Of a stretch of DNA of 60,846 nt, positions 8,904 to 19,400 are shown piece by piece. The DNA is from Thermoplasmatota archaeon (GTDB taxonomy: Archaea > Thermoplasmatota > Thermoplasmata > Halarchaeoplasmatales > Halarchaeoplasmataceae). Under the pieces are notes generated by a model, which worked only from the letters and a program-made list of their open reading frames with translations, was not told where the DNA came from and ran no database searches. Each line of letters opens with the position of its first letter. Position 1 is the stretch's first letter. Both the position numbers and the translations under genes were made by a program. The stretch spans positions 1-60,846 of the forward strand of contig JAGXLF010000004.1 of assembly GCA_018334835.1 (NCBI GenBank), written 5' to 3'.

Positions 8904-10337
8904 ATGGGTAAAAAAGGCGACAAAAAAAACGAGAAGAACGGTAAAAAATACGAAGATTTTAACCAATGGTATAATGAGATCGTAGAAGAAGCTGGGCTTT
9001 GCGACAAAAGGTATCCAGTGAAAGGGATGAATATCTGGACCCCTTACGGCTGGAAACTGATGCAGAATATAGATAGAGAGACGAGAAGATTGGTCAATAA
9101 CACAGGGCATCAAGAAGTAAAATTTCCTCTGTTAGTACCTCAGAAAGAGTTCGAAAAGGAAGCTGACCACATCGCCGGCTTTGAAGATGAAGTTTATTGG
9201 GTAACTAGAGCTGGACGTAACGAATTAGATATACCTCTGCTTCTCAGACCGACCAGTGAGACCGCTATGTATCCCGTCTTTGATCTTTGGGTTCGTTCTC
9301 ACGCGGACCTTCCGCTTAAAATATATCAGATGGTGAATGTATTCCGATATGAGACCAAACAGACGAAGGCTTTTATGAGGATGAGGGAGTTCCATTTCTT
9401 TGAAGCACACACTTGCCACGCAACAGAAGAAGGGGCCGAGACGCAGATAGAGGAGGACTTAGAGATCATGAAAGAACTCTCTAAAAAGATCTGCATGCCC
9501 TATCTCGCGCTAGTCAGAACTGACTGGGATAAATTTCCAGGAGCCGAGTACACTGTCGGGGCAGATACTTTGATGCCCACAGGTCGAACTCTTCAGATGG
9601 CTGGAATACATCAATACAAGACCAATTTTTCCGAGGCCTACGATATCACCTTCGAGGATGAAGATGGAAATCATAAGCACGTTCATCAAACCACCTACGG
9701 CATGGCTGAAAGATTGGTCGGAGCAATAGCAGCTATCCATGGTGACGATAAAGGCTTAGTCTTCCCTCCCGAGGTCGCTCCAATTCAGGTAAGAATTATA
9801 CCGATAATCTACGGTGACGAAGAAAAAGTGCTTACTTACTGTGAGAATATAAAAGAAAAGTTAGAGCAGAATGATATAGATGCGGAGATTGACGACAGTG
9901 ACGAACGACCCGGCAGCAAATTTTACGACGCTGAAATGAAGGGTATACCAGTTCGTTTAGACATAGGGAGCGACGAGATCGAAGAAAAAACTGCTACTTT
10001 GGTCAGAAGAGATACGGGAGATAAAAGAACGGTTGAAAAAGAGAATATCCTTGAAGAGGTGAGAATTACCTTCGAAGATATGCAGAAAGCCATGTTTGAA
10101 AGAGCCCAAAAAGAACTTGAAGATAACATAGAAGATATTGATGAACTTTCTGAGATTGATGAGGAGAAGATATACCGAGGGGGTTGGTGTGAAGAAGAAA
10201 GTTGCGGCAAGGAGATCGAAGATATCACGGGAAGAGACATCCTTGGAACTCCCTACGAGGACGAGAAATTTGAAGGTGAATGTATCAACTGTGGAGATAA
10301 AACTAGAACTTTAGTTTACATAAGCAAAACGCACTAA
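8904..10337 (+). CDS. proS: Prolyl-tRNA synthetase (archaeal/eukaryotic type)
   Basis: Class II aaRS motifs (LRPTSET, FRYE, MREFHFFEAHT, GRTLQMAGIH). The anticodon-binding region and the C-terminal Cys-containing extension are typical for archaeal ProRS. Confidence 0.9.
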   Translation: MGKKGDKKNEKNGKKYEDFNQWYNEIVEEAGLCDKRYPVKGMNIWTPYGWKLMQNIDRETRRLVNNTGHQEVKFPLLVPQKEFEKEADHIAGFEDEVYWVTRAGRNELDIPLLLRPTSETAMYPVFDLWVRSHADLPLKIYQMVNVFRYETKQTKAFMRMREFHFFEAHTCHATEEGAETQIEEDLEIMKELSKKICMPYLALVRTDWDKFPGAEYTVGADTLMPTGRTLQMAGIHQYKTNFSEAYDITFEDEDGNHKHVHQTTYGMAERLVGAIAAIHGDDKGLVFPPEVAPIQVRIIPIIYGDEEKVLTYCENIKEKLEQNDIDAEIDDSDERPGSKFYDAEMKGIPVRLDIGSDEIEEKTATLVRRDTGDKRTVEKENILEEVRITFEDMQKAMFERAQKELEDNIEDIDELSEIDEEKIYRGGWCEEESCGKEIEDITGRDILGTPYEDEKFEGECINCGDKTRTLVYISKTH

Positions 10338-10355
10338 CAACCAAATTTTTTCTTT

Positions 10356-10556
10356 CTATTCTTCAATCGAATAAAGGAGGTAACCTACTATCCCGAATGC
10401 GATCAGTACAACCGATACCGCATAGACTCCTATATCTGTCCAAGTACCGTAAAGAAATGACCACGAAAAATAAAAAGCTAAACCTGATCCAGCCAATAAG
10501 GCATAAAATAGACTCAATATGTTCCTTCCGCTCTCTGTCTGGTCGTTCACTGCCAT
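10356..10556 (-). CDS. Small two-helix membrane protein (hypothetical)
   Basis: 66 aa with two hydrophobic helices. It sits 45 nt downstream of EF-2 on the same strand. Confidence 0.4.
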   Translation of the reverse strand: MAVNDQTESGRNILSLFYALLAGSGLAFYFSWSFLYGTWTDIGVYAVSVVLIAFGIVGYLLYSIEE

Positions 10557-10601
10557 GAGATTGGATAGAAAAAGGGGTTTATTAATATGTTTTGCCGTGC
10601 A

Positions 10602-12806
10602 TCAGTCCGAAAAATGAGATTCTCCGAACGGCTCCGGGTTCAGACCTTTTCTCTCTCTGATCTCTCTAACAATTTCTGATTGTAGTTTTTCCGGCACCTT
10701 TTCGAATCCAGCATGCTCTGTAGACCAGAGCGCCTTTCCTCCTGTCGCGCTCCTGATATCCCCCGAAAAACCGAACATCTCTGAAACGGGACATTTAGCG
10801 ACAATATGAGAATCGCTTCCTTCCTGACTCATGTCTATTACTTCTCCTCTTCTCTGCTGTATCTCTACATTCACGTTGCCCATGAGATCGGACGGGACGT
10901 CGATGAAAACCTTTTGTTTAGGTTCGAGTAATATTCTCCCTGCCTGACATAATGCACCAGAGATCGCATCTTTAACAGCGGGTATCACTTGAGCCGGTCC
11001 ACGATGGATCGTATCCTCGTGCAATTTAGCGTTAACCAATTTTACTTTCACTCCCTTCAACGGTTCTCTAGCCAAGGGACCCTCCTCGCAGAGTTCCTCA
11101 AATCCCTGTTCGATCAACTCCATTGTCTCGTTCAGATATTGAATACCTTTAGTCATGTTCAATAGAACATTGTCCTCGGTGAAGTTGACGAAATTCTTCG
11201 TCTCATCTTTATCCATGCCAAGCTCTCTCAAATCTTTAGCAAGTTCAGTCTTGTTCTTTATCTTGCCGTGTACCGAAATATCTCCTTTATCGATCGCCTC
11301 TACCACTTCTTCTTCGAGAGGTTCAACATCAAAATAGAATCTGTTATGTCTGTTCGGTGAGATGCCCATGAAAGTCCCTCCTATGCCTTCGATAGCTTCC
11401 CTGTAAACGACTATCGGTTCTGAAGATATAATCGGTACTCCATGTTCCTCTTGAATCCTGTGTTCTGTTATCTCCAGATGTAATTCGCCCATGCCTGAGA
11501 TCAGATGTTCACCCGTCTCCTGATCTATCTCGATATCGATTGAAGGATCGGCTTTCGCAACAGATCTGAGAACTTCGATCAACTTGGGCAAATCGGAGGT
11601 GTTCTTTGCCTCGATAGCCTTGGTAACAACCGGTTCAGAAAAGTGCTTCATCTCTTCGAAAGGAACGACATCATCGACTGAGGTTACGGTAGATCCTGCT
11701 ATAGCATCTCTCAAGCCGCCTACTGCCACGACATTTCCCGCTTTTATCTCGTCCACAGGTATCCGATCGGCTCCAACGCTTAGAGAAACTTGCTGAACTC
11801 TATTAGTCCCCGGTTGATCATCGATATGAAGTTCCATGCCATCTTCTACCTTACCTCCAAAGAGCCTTCCGACTGAGATCTCACCCGCATGCTCGTCCAT
11901 CAATATCTTCGTCACCATCATAGCGGTAGGACCGTCTTCAGAGCAGTCGATCATCGTTTGCCCGACTTCGCTCTCAGGATCGCCACGCCATATGTGCGGG
12001 ATCCTGTATTCTTGAGCGGTTATCGGGTCAGGCATATGACGGATAACTTGATTCAAGAGAACCCTATGGAGAGGAGCTTTCTTCAATAATTCTCGCTCCA
12101 TCTCCTTACCCCCTTCTAAATGTTCGTAGATTTCTTTAAAAGTGATACCTTTCTTTTCCATGAAAGGTACAGAGATGGCCCAGTTCTGTAAAGCTGAACC
12201 GAAAGCCACGTTTCCATCTTCTACATTCAATCTCCATTCATCTTTGAATTCTTCAGGAGCGTTATTTTTTATGAGTTCATCAACATTTCTTATTATCTCA
12301 TGGAATCTCTGCTGCATCTCTTCTGGATTAACATTCAACTCTTTTATCAACCGATCTACCTTGTTTATAAATAGGATAGGTTTAACCTTCTCTTTCATCG
12401 CCTGCCTTATCACCGTTTCGGTCTGGGGCATGACACCTTCGACCGCACAAACCACTATTATAACGCCGTCTACGGCTCTCATAGCTCTTGTGACATCGCC
12501 ACCAAAGTCGACATGGCCTGGAGTGTCCACCAGATTGATGAGGTACTCATCTCCCTCATAATCATGGACCATCGAAACGTTCGCCGAATCTATCGTTATG
12601 CCTCTCTCTTGTTCCTGTTCGTCAAAATCTAGCATCAGCTGTTTACCCGCCAGCTCTTCGGACATCATACCTGCACCAGCGATGAGATTATCGCTTAGGG
12701 TGGTCTTTCCATGGTCGATGTGTGCTGCGGTACCTATATTGCGTATCTGCCTCGGTCTTTCCATCAATTTCCTAGCTTTCTGTACGTTCTGCTCTTTTCT
12801 ACCCAT
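10602..12806 (-). CDS. fusA: Translation elongation factor 2 (aEF-2)
   Basis: G-domain motifs AHIDHGKTT, DTPGH and NKVD, plus the diphthamide-site region HEDTIHRGPAQ. Trimmed to MGRKEQ (M10 of the ORF). Confidence 0.95.
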   Translation of the reverse strand: MGRKEQNVQKARKLMERPRQIRNIGTAAHIDHGKTTLSDNLIAGAGMMSEELAGKQLMLDFDEQEQERGITIDSANVSMVHDYEGDEYLINLVDTPGHVDFGGDVTRAMRAVDGVIIVVCAVEGVMPQTETVIRQAMKEKVKPILFINKVDRLIKELNVNPEEMQQRFHEIIRNVDELIKNNAPEEFKDEWRLNVEDGNVAFGSALQNWAISVPFMEKKGITFKEIYEHLEGGKEMERELLKKAPLHRVLLNQVIRHMPDPITAQEYRIPHIWRGDPESEVGQTMIDCSEDGPTAMMVTKILMDEHAGEISVGRLFGGKVEDGMELHIDDQPGTNRVQQVSLSVGADRIPVDEIKAGNVVAVGGLRDAIAGSTVTSVDDVVPFEEMKHFSEPVVTKAIEAKNTSDLPKLIEVLRSVAKADPSIDIEIDQETGEHLISGMGELHLEITEHRIQEEHGVPIISSEPIVVYREAIEGIGGTFMGISPNRHNRFYFDVEPLEEEVVEAIDKGDISVHGKIKNKTELAKDLRELGMDKDETKNFVNFTEDNVLLNMTKGIQYLNETMELIEQGFEELCEEGPLAREPLKGVKVKLVNAKLHEDTIHRGPAQVIPAVKDAISGALCQAGRILLEPKQKVFIDVPSDLMGNVNVEIQQRRGEVIDMSQEGSDSHIVAKCPVSEMFGFSGDIRSATGGKALWSTEHAGFEKVPEKLQSEIVREIRERKGLNPEPFGESHFSD

Positions 12807-12857
12807 AAGATCACCAATAAAATGTATATACAAATATAATATTAAATGGTTTTTGTT

Positions 12858-13490
12858 TCATCTGGCCGAAGCCGCCATCCTTTCGGTTTCTTCCTTTTTG
12901 GAAACACCGAAACTATTCCTGTCTTTTCTAGAGGCCATGATGAGCTCTTCTGCAAGGCAAGTAGAGATATCTTTTTTGTTCTTATAAGACGCTTTTACTG
13001 CACCCTGAGAGATCTTCGACAAAGCCAACGATATCCTTCTGCAAGGAGAAACGTCCACGGCCTTTGGTACTGAGATACCACCATATGTTATCTGAGTTGT
13101 CTCCTCTCTCGGAGCGCTGTTTTCGATCGCATCTACCAAGACCTGTACTGGATTTTTTTCTGTTCTTTCATAAATGATATCTAGCGCATCTCTAACAACA
13201 TTGTAAGATTTTAGCTTCTTTCCAGTAAAATCTTGAGTCCTCATCATATGATTTATCAGTCTCTCTATGATACTGACCTCTTCTTTTTTAAATCTCTTAT
13301 TCGCATGAGTTCCACCACTGTGAGGTAAAAGGATGGGCAACAGATCCATATATTTTTCTAATCCAGGATCAGTCACTTCGACCTCCTTCATATCATACTT
13401 CCCAAATAAAAGAGGCATATCGAGTGACTCATATAATCTTTCTCTATCGCTCCCAGTAGTTTCCTGTTCTTCAATTTCTTCTTCCGTCAT
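12858..13490 (-). CDS. rps7: 30S ribosomal protein uS7 with an acidic N-terminal extension
   Basis: LFGKYDMKEVEVTDPGLEKYM and the C-terminal SFGVSKKEETERMAASAR are typical of archaeal S7. The ATG at 13490 is preferred over the TTG at 13505. Confidence 0.9.
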   Translation of the reverse strand: MTEEEIEEQETTGSDRERLYESLDMPLLFGKYDMKEVEVTDPGLEKYMDLLPILLPHSGGTHANKRFKKEEVSIIERLINHMMRTQDFTGKKLKSYNVVRDALDIIYERTEKNPVQVLVDAIENSAPREETTQITYGGISVPKAVDVSPCRRISLALSKISQGAVKASYKNKKDISTCLAEELIMASRKDRNSFGVSKKEETERMAASAR

Positions 13491-13505
13491 ATTTTCACCT
13501 TTCAA

Positions 13506-13949
13506 TCATCTCAACGGTTTCTCTTTTCTACCAGCGATCAATTCCGTCAAAGCTACTCGGTTGACTTTTATAACTTTGTACCTTACACCGGGGATATCCC
13601 CCTTAGCTTTACCCCTCATCCCTCCTATACCTTCTATAAGCACTTCGTCGTGCTCATCAATGTAACTTATAGCCCCTTCACCGGGAGCAAAAGCAGTTAC
13701 TTGTCTTCCGTTTTTGATCAACTGAACCTTAACACATTTTCTGATTGCAGAGTTGGGCTGTTTTGCTTCGATGCCCACCTTTTCTAGGACGATCCCTTTT
13801 CCTTGAGGTGCTCCTTCAAGTGGGTCAGTCCTTTCTCTCAGACCCAGCTCTCTCTTCTTATAATCTATATCGCTCCATCTGAACTTCTGTCGACTCTTTT
13901 TTAATTTTCGTGCTGCATTCAATCCGTTCGCCACTTTGCTCAACTCCAT
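13506..13949 (-). CDS. rps12: 30S ribosomal protein uS12
   Basis: [23 protein letters not shown] and [12 protein letters not shown] are typical for archaeal S12. The gene lies immediately upstream of S7 and EF-2. Confidence 0.95.
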   Translation of the reverse strand: MELSKVANGLNAARKLKKSRQKFRWSDIDYKKRELGLRERTDPLEGAPQGKGIVLEKVGIEAKQPNSAIRKCVKVQLIKNGRQVTAFAPGEGAISYIDEHDEVLIEGIGGMRGKAKGDIPGVRYKVIKVNRVALTELIAGRKEKPLR

Positions 13950-14016
13950 TAAAGTGATTGTGGTTAAATTGATGAATAGGGGTGGTCTATAAAACTTTTG
14001 CTCCTTTGAGGATGAA

Positions 14017-14574
14017 TCAGATCAAGATCGGATGCCTGACTTTCATGTCCTCCTCGTACTCGCCCAATTCATCCATCAGGACCGCAATTAATCCATCCAA
14101 AAAAATCATCGCCGTATCTTCGAATAGAGTTCCGAGCGGCGCGAGTTTTTTATTTTTCTCACTTCCAAAACCTTCAAGAAAGATAACGACATCTCCTAAT
14201 CCTGCGAGCGTAGATTCCGGGCTCGCCGTCAAAACAATTATATTGGATTCATTCACCCGGCTTTTTACTATTTCAGCTGCCTGTATCGCGGTCTGAGTCT
14301 CTCCTGTTTTGGAGACGAAGAAAACACAATTTCCAGGTTTGACAGCCGGCGTTATAGTTTCTCCTATAAAAAAAGAATCCAAACCGAGCTGCATCAGGCG
14401 CATGGCAAAAGTTCTGCCGACTAGTCCAGACCGACCTGAACCATAAACGAATATATTGTTCGAAGCGGTCAGTATCTCCACGGTTTCCTCTATACTTTCA
14501 CAATTCAGATTCTCAAAAGAATACTCTATCGAATCCAATATATGCTCGACTGAATCAACCAATATCTCATTCAT
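14017..14574 (-). CDS. SIS-domain sugar-phosphate isomerase, probable 6-phospho-3-hexuloisomerase
   Basis: 185 aa. [22 protein letters not shown] and FFVSKTGET are SIS/PHI-like blocks. Confidence 0.7.
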   Translation of the reverse strand: MNEILVDSVEHILDSIEYSFENLNCESIEETVEILTASNNIFVYGSGRSGLVGRTFAMRLMQLGLDSFFIGETITPAVKPGNCVFFVSKTGETQTAIQAAEIVKSRVNESNIIVLTASPESTLAGLGDVVIFLEGFGSEKNKKLAPLGTLFEDTAMIFLDGLIAVLMDELGEYEEDMKVRHPILI

Positions 14575-15598
14575 CTTCTTGCCTCAATTCTTTACCAATC
14601 TCACGAGAATAAATCCTCTCAAAAATGACTTTCATGTACATCGCATCGTGTTCTTTAAGTGGAGAAGTCGAAACGATAGTGACGTTTTCATCAGTAGCGA
14701 TGAGGTGATAGACTAAATCTTCAAATTGAAGATCGCCCCTCTTGATCGGTGTCAACCTACATTCGTCTCTTCTCCTCTTTTCCACCCCGGAAAATGTCAC
14801 GTAGTATTCATCTGAGACGAATTTTTTACACATGTCAAAAATTTCGGCAAAATCCTCTGTATCATCAAGAGGGTATTCCTCTTCAGCCTTTATATGAGCA
14901 AAGTTTACCACCGGTACGGTCCCTGATACCTGGCTACATACATCTAGAGTCTCGTCGAGGTTGCCAAAAACATCCTCGCCAGTTTGAGTCTCCAAACCTA
15001 TCTTCATATCAGTTTCACAGTTTTGAGAGATCCAGTCCCTTAATTCTCTCAAGTTTTCCACAGCTGAATTCTTCAGATACTCATCAGTCTGATCTTTTTT
15101 TCTAAGTCCTAGATGAGTTATGATAGTTCCAGCTTCTATCTGATCAGCCATCACCGCACTGTATTTAAAAGCTCGTTGTGACTTTTCTAATGGCTCGGAA
15201 TCTTTCTCGCTCAATTCTATATAATAAGGTGTGTGGAGAGACATCTTTATGTCCAATTCTTTACTCAATCTAGCTAGACGAGGAAACTTATGAAATTCTG
15301 CGGCGACTCCTCCAGTTACTGAATGCAGCATATCTCCTCTCTTTAGTTCCTTATCCAGGTCCTCAACAAATATTTCCCTATATTCACGCCCTTTATTAAC
15401 TCCAATTACGAATTTTTCGGGAACTTCTTTAGCTTTCAATCCAACTTCTTCTTCCTCCACAGGCCTTGTTCTCACTTTTGGCCTTAGAAATTGAACCTCA
15501 AATGCATTAAGTCCAAGTTTGTGAACATCTTTGATCCCGTCTTCGAGTGTTCTTCCTTTACAGGAAAGTGGGATCCCGCTTGGACCAAAACGTATCAT
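14567..15598 (-). CDS. Xylose-isomerase-like TIM-barrel protein (AP endonuclease 2 / endonuclease IV-related)
   Basis: FGPSG...GLNAFEVQF, LHTPYYIEL, ITHLG and IGLETQ resemble the metal-binding strands of this fold. The gene overlaps the SIS gene by 8 nt. Confidence 0.55.
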   Translation of the reverse strand: MIRFGPSGIPLSCKGRTLEDGIKDVHKLGLNAFEVQFLRPKVRTRPVEEEEVGLKAKEVPEKFVIGVNKGREYREIFVEDLDKELKRGDMLHSVTGGVAAEFHKFPRLARLSKELDIKMSLHTPYYIELSEKDSEPLEKSQRAFKYSAVMADQIEAGTIITHLGLRKKDQTDEYLKNSAVENLRELRDWISQNCETDMKIGLETQTGEDVFGNLDETLDVCSQVSGTVPVVNFAHIKAEEEYPLDDTEDFAEIFDMCKKFVSDEYYVTFSGVEKRRRDECRLTPIKRGDLQFEDLVYHLIATDENVTIVSTSPLKEHDAMYMKVIFERIYSREIGKELRQEDE

Positions 15599-15700
15599 AT
15601 TTTTGTTTCCTCCCGAGAGCTAAAATCCATCATGCCCCACCTGATTGAGAATTGCCATATTTAAAATTAATCATCATGACACAAAGTTTTACTTCTAACT

Positions 15701-16222
15701 TCACCACTTCTCTATAACTTCTTCACTCGCAACGATCTCGGCACCGAATACCTCTTCCATATAATCCAAGGCTGATTCTTTCTTTTCCTTTGTCATCGAA
15801 GCTGTGCAGTCTTTCACTACTTTGATATCATAATCTCTGTAGAACGCACCCGCGGCTGTGTTTTGAACACATATATCGGTGGTGACTCCAGTCAGGATAA
15901 CTCTCTCTATCTGGTGCTGTTTTAATGTCAATTCCAGGTCGGTCTTGTAAAAAGCGTCGTAGAATCTTTTCGGTAGTTTTCTGTTAGCGAGCCCCTTAAA
16001 CTCGGGTATGATTTCAGCTCCCTCTTCGTCTTCCATGGCATGCGGCCCCCAATGGGTCATCTCTGGATCATCCTCCTGATGTCTATCCTGAACGAATACT
16101 TTTAAAATATCATCTTCACTAGCCTCTTCAAGAAAGTCCTTTAGGTCCGGAACGATGGCTTCAGCGTTTTCGTTGCCTAGTTTGCCCGTCACGAAATCGT
16201 TTATCATATCTATTACGAGCAC
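15701..16222 (-). CDS. Isochorismatase-family hydrolase, probable nicotinamidase
   Basis: LVIDMINDF (Asp), a conserved Lys region and the catalytic Cys in GVTTDICVQNTA. The start is GTG. Confidence 0.7.
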   Translation of the reverse strand: MLVIDMINDFVTGKLGNENAEAIVPDLKDFLEEASEDDILKVFVQDRHQEDDPEMTHWGPHAMEDEEGAEIIPEFKGLANRKLPKRFYDAFYKTDLELTLKQHQIERVILTGVTTDICVQNTAAGAFYRDYDIKVVKDCTASMTKEKKESALDYMEEVFGAEIVASEEVIEKW

Positions 16223-16425
16223 AGCTTCTTTTTTACCGATGTTATCACGAAACTAGTTTAGAGTCTGTTCTTAATTAACTTTTTTCTTTCTATTCGAATC
16301 TAAGGTTAATCCTATAGAGCGATAAACATCTTACTTAAAATATAATCAGAATAATATCTTTAGTCATAAATCGGAATATTCTTAAGTTGGTTTTTCATTA
16401 CAGACTTCCATCGAGGTAATATTTC

Positions 16426-19400
16426 ATGAGCGCTGAAAAACTCACCGAGAACGCTAAAAAGATCCTTAAAGAGAGATACCTGAAAAGAGATGAGGAAGGA
16501 GATGTCGTCGAAACACCCGAAGAGATGTTCGAGAGAGTCGCTTCGGCTGTGGCGAAAGTTAATGAAGAATATGATGACGATAGAACTATAGAAGAGGAAG
16601 AAAAAGAATTTTTTGATGCTTTGAGCAGTTTAGATTTTATTCCTAACTCTCCTACTTTGATGAATGCCGGATTGGAGTTGGGTCAATTGAGTGCCTGTTT
16701 TGTCCTATCCCCCCGAGATGATATGGAAAGCATATTCCAGCAAGTTAAAAATGCCGCCAAAATTTTCCAGTCAGGAGGCGGTGTGGGTTACACTTTCTCA
16801 AGATTGAGACCGAGAGGAGATACGGTGAAATCCACCGGGGGCGTGGCTAGCGGGCCTGTTTCTTTCATGAAGGTTTACGATGAGATGTGCAATACTATCA
16901 AACAGGGTGGAAAGAGAAGGGGAGCTCAAATGGGAGTTCTATCGGTTCAACATCCAGATATAGAGGAATTCATCGAGGCTAAAGATGAAGAAGGAGAACT
17001 GGAAAATTTCAACATCTCCGTAGCTCTGACAGAAGAGTTCATGGAGGCTGTTGAGAAAGGAGAAGATTACGACTTGATAAATCCACGAAACGATGAAGTG
17101 GAAGGACAGCTTGATGCCGAAAGGATCTACGACAAGATCGTAAACCAAGCATGGAAGAACGGTGAACCCGGCATACTTTTCCTTGATAGGATCAATGAGG
17201 ATAACCCGTTCAATATAGATGAGTATCCTGGTCATTATATCGACGCAACTAATCCATGTGTAACCGGAGACACGTTGATAAGTACAAAAGAAGGAGTGTT
17301 CAGTGCAGAGGAACTCTATGAAAATGGAAAAGAGTTAGATATCGTTGTAGATGGCAGGTTGAGTAAAGAAAAAATCAAGGAAGCTTCAGAGGTTTTTAAA
17401 ACAGGCGAAAAAGATGTCTTTAACCTGAAGACAAAAGAAGGATATGAGATAGGATTAACAGAAGACCATCGGGTAATGACTTCGGAAGGATGGAAAGAAG
17501 TGAAAGAGCTTGAAGTGGATGATAAGGTACATATCATCGACCGGGAAACCAAATTTGATAATGGTGGTTCTTTAAAAGAAGGTTTTGTTCTTGGTTGGAT
17601 AGTCGGTGATGGACAAATTAAAGATTCCGAAGAGAGAGTGACGCTGCATTTCTATGATAAAGACACTGAGATTTCAAATAAATATGCTGAGTACGTAAAC
17701 AGTATAATCCGTGAACCTAGAGGTAACGGTGATTACGAAGTAGGAGTGCAAGAGATAGAACGTGGTGAAAATTCTGTTAAAGAACAGAGGGTTAGATCGG
17801 CTAGATTGTATGAGGTAACTGAAAAATACGGACTCAATGATAACAAATTACAGGTTCCTGACGAGTTATTCAAAAATGGTAAAAAAACGGCAAAAGGCTT
17901 CTTACAAGGTCTTTTCACAGCTGATGGTAGCGTTCAAGGTAATATAGAGAAAGGTGTTTCTGTGAGATTATCTAGCTCCGAATTGGACCTATTAAAAGAA
18001 GTTCAACAACTTCTTCTTGGTTTCGGTATCAAGAGCAAGATCTACGAAGAAAGAAGAAAGGAGGGGGAAAGAGAACTCCCAGATAGTAATAACGGTACTA
18101 AAAATTATCATGTCAAAGCTCAACACGATTTGGTGATAAGTAAGGATAACCTTCAGTTGTACAAAGATAAGATCGGATTTGTTAGAGATGATAAAAACGA
18201 AAAACTAGGAGAATTACTCGAGGAATATGATAGAGGGCCTTATTCAGAAAAGCACCTAGCTACGGTAGATTCTATCGAACATGATGGCCATGAAGCTGTT
18301 TACGACTTGACTGAACCCGATACCAATTCTTTCGTGGCTAATGGTTTTGTGGTCCACAACTGCGGTGAGCAGCCATTGGAGGACTTCGAGGCGTGTAATC
18401 TCGGACATATAAACCTATCTCACGCCGTTGAAGCCGGCGAAATTGATTGGGAACACCTCGAAAAGATGGTCGATCTCTCTGTCAGGTTTTTGGACAATGT
18501 GATAGACGCATCTGATTTTCCTGATGTCACAGGATACGAAGGCGAAGAGGACGCTATCAGAAAAAAAGTAAACGAGAACAGGAAGATAGGACTGGGTGTG
18601 ATGGGATGGCACAATATGTTGATGCAGCTCGAGATACCTTATGATAGCGAAGAGGCGATAGATAAAGCTCATGAAGTGATGGAATTTATACAACAAAAGA
18701 GCAAAGAAGTGAGTAAAAGGATAGCAGAAAAAAGAGGAGAATTTCCTAATTGGGATGAATCCGAATATGAAGAACCCATAAGGAATGCCACTACCACTAC
18801 GATAGCTCCGACGGGCACGACGAGCATGATAGCAAATGCCAGCGGAGGAATAGAACCAGTCTTCGCGGTTTCGTACATCAAGAACGTTTTGGATGGGGAA
18901 ACCATGGTCATGCCCGATCCCGTATTCGAAGATTTCGCAAAAGAGAGAGAGTTTTACAGCGATGAGCTCATGGAAAAAATAGCTAAGCAGGGTTCTGTAA
19001 ATGATATCGACGAGGTACCAGAAGAGATCAAACCTCTCTTCAAAACCGCACTTGAGATCTCTCCAGAGTGGCATATCCGGATGCAGGCAGCTTTCCAAGA
19101 ATATGTAGATAATGCCATCTCGAAGACGGTCAATTTTCCGAACGAAGCTTCTAAAGAGGATATAAAAGAAGTTTATGACTTGGCCTATGATTTGAAATGT
19201 AAAGGTGTTACGGTCTATAGAAGCGGGTCTAGACAAGAACAGGTCATGGAAGTCGAGGGCGAAAAAGAAGAAAAAACTCTAGAACGAAGGCCAAGAGAAA
19301 GACCCACCACAGTAGAAGGCACTACACAGAAGATACAGACAGGTTATGGTGGCCTGTATGTGACTATAAATGAAGACGAATATGGACTGTTTGAAGTATT

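Noticed and set aside
8591-9113. Minus-strand ORFs of 138 and 73 aa spanning the PflX-like/ProRS junction
   Set aside because: They overlap two well-supported plus-strand genes. Their Ser/Phe/Leu-rich translations have no motifs.
12142-12987. ORFs of 139 and 129 aa antisense to EF-2 and the S7 3' end
   Set aside because: They lie opposite universally conserved genes, with Ser-rich low-complexity translations.
16223-16425. Cobalamin riboswitch upstream of the B12-dependent RNR
   Set aside because: The 200-bp leader is very AT-rich. I saw no B12-box-like GC-rich core or extended pairing. It looks like an ordinary promoter and leader region.
18415-19236. 273-aa ORF antisense to nrdJ, plus other antisense ORFs at 18420-18614 and 18669-18911
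   Set aside because: It lies entirely opposite a strongly motif-supported gene. Its translation is low-complexity (F/I/Y/R-rich) with no recognisable motif. This is typical shadow-ORF behaviour in AT-rich coding DNA.
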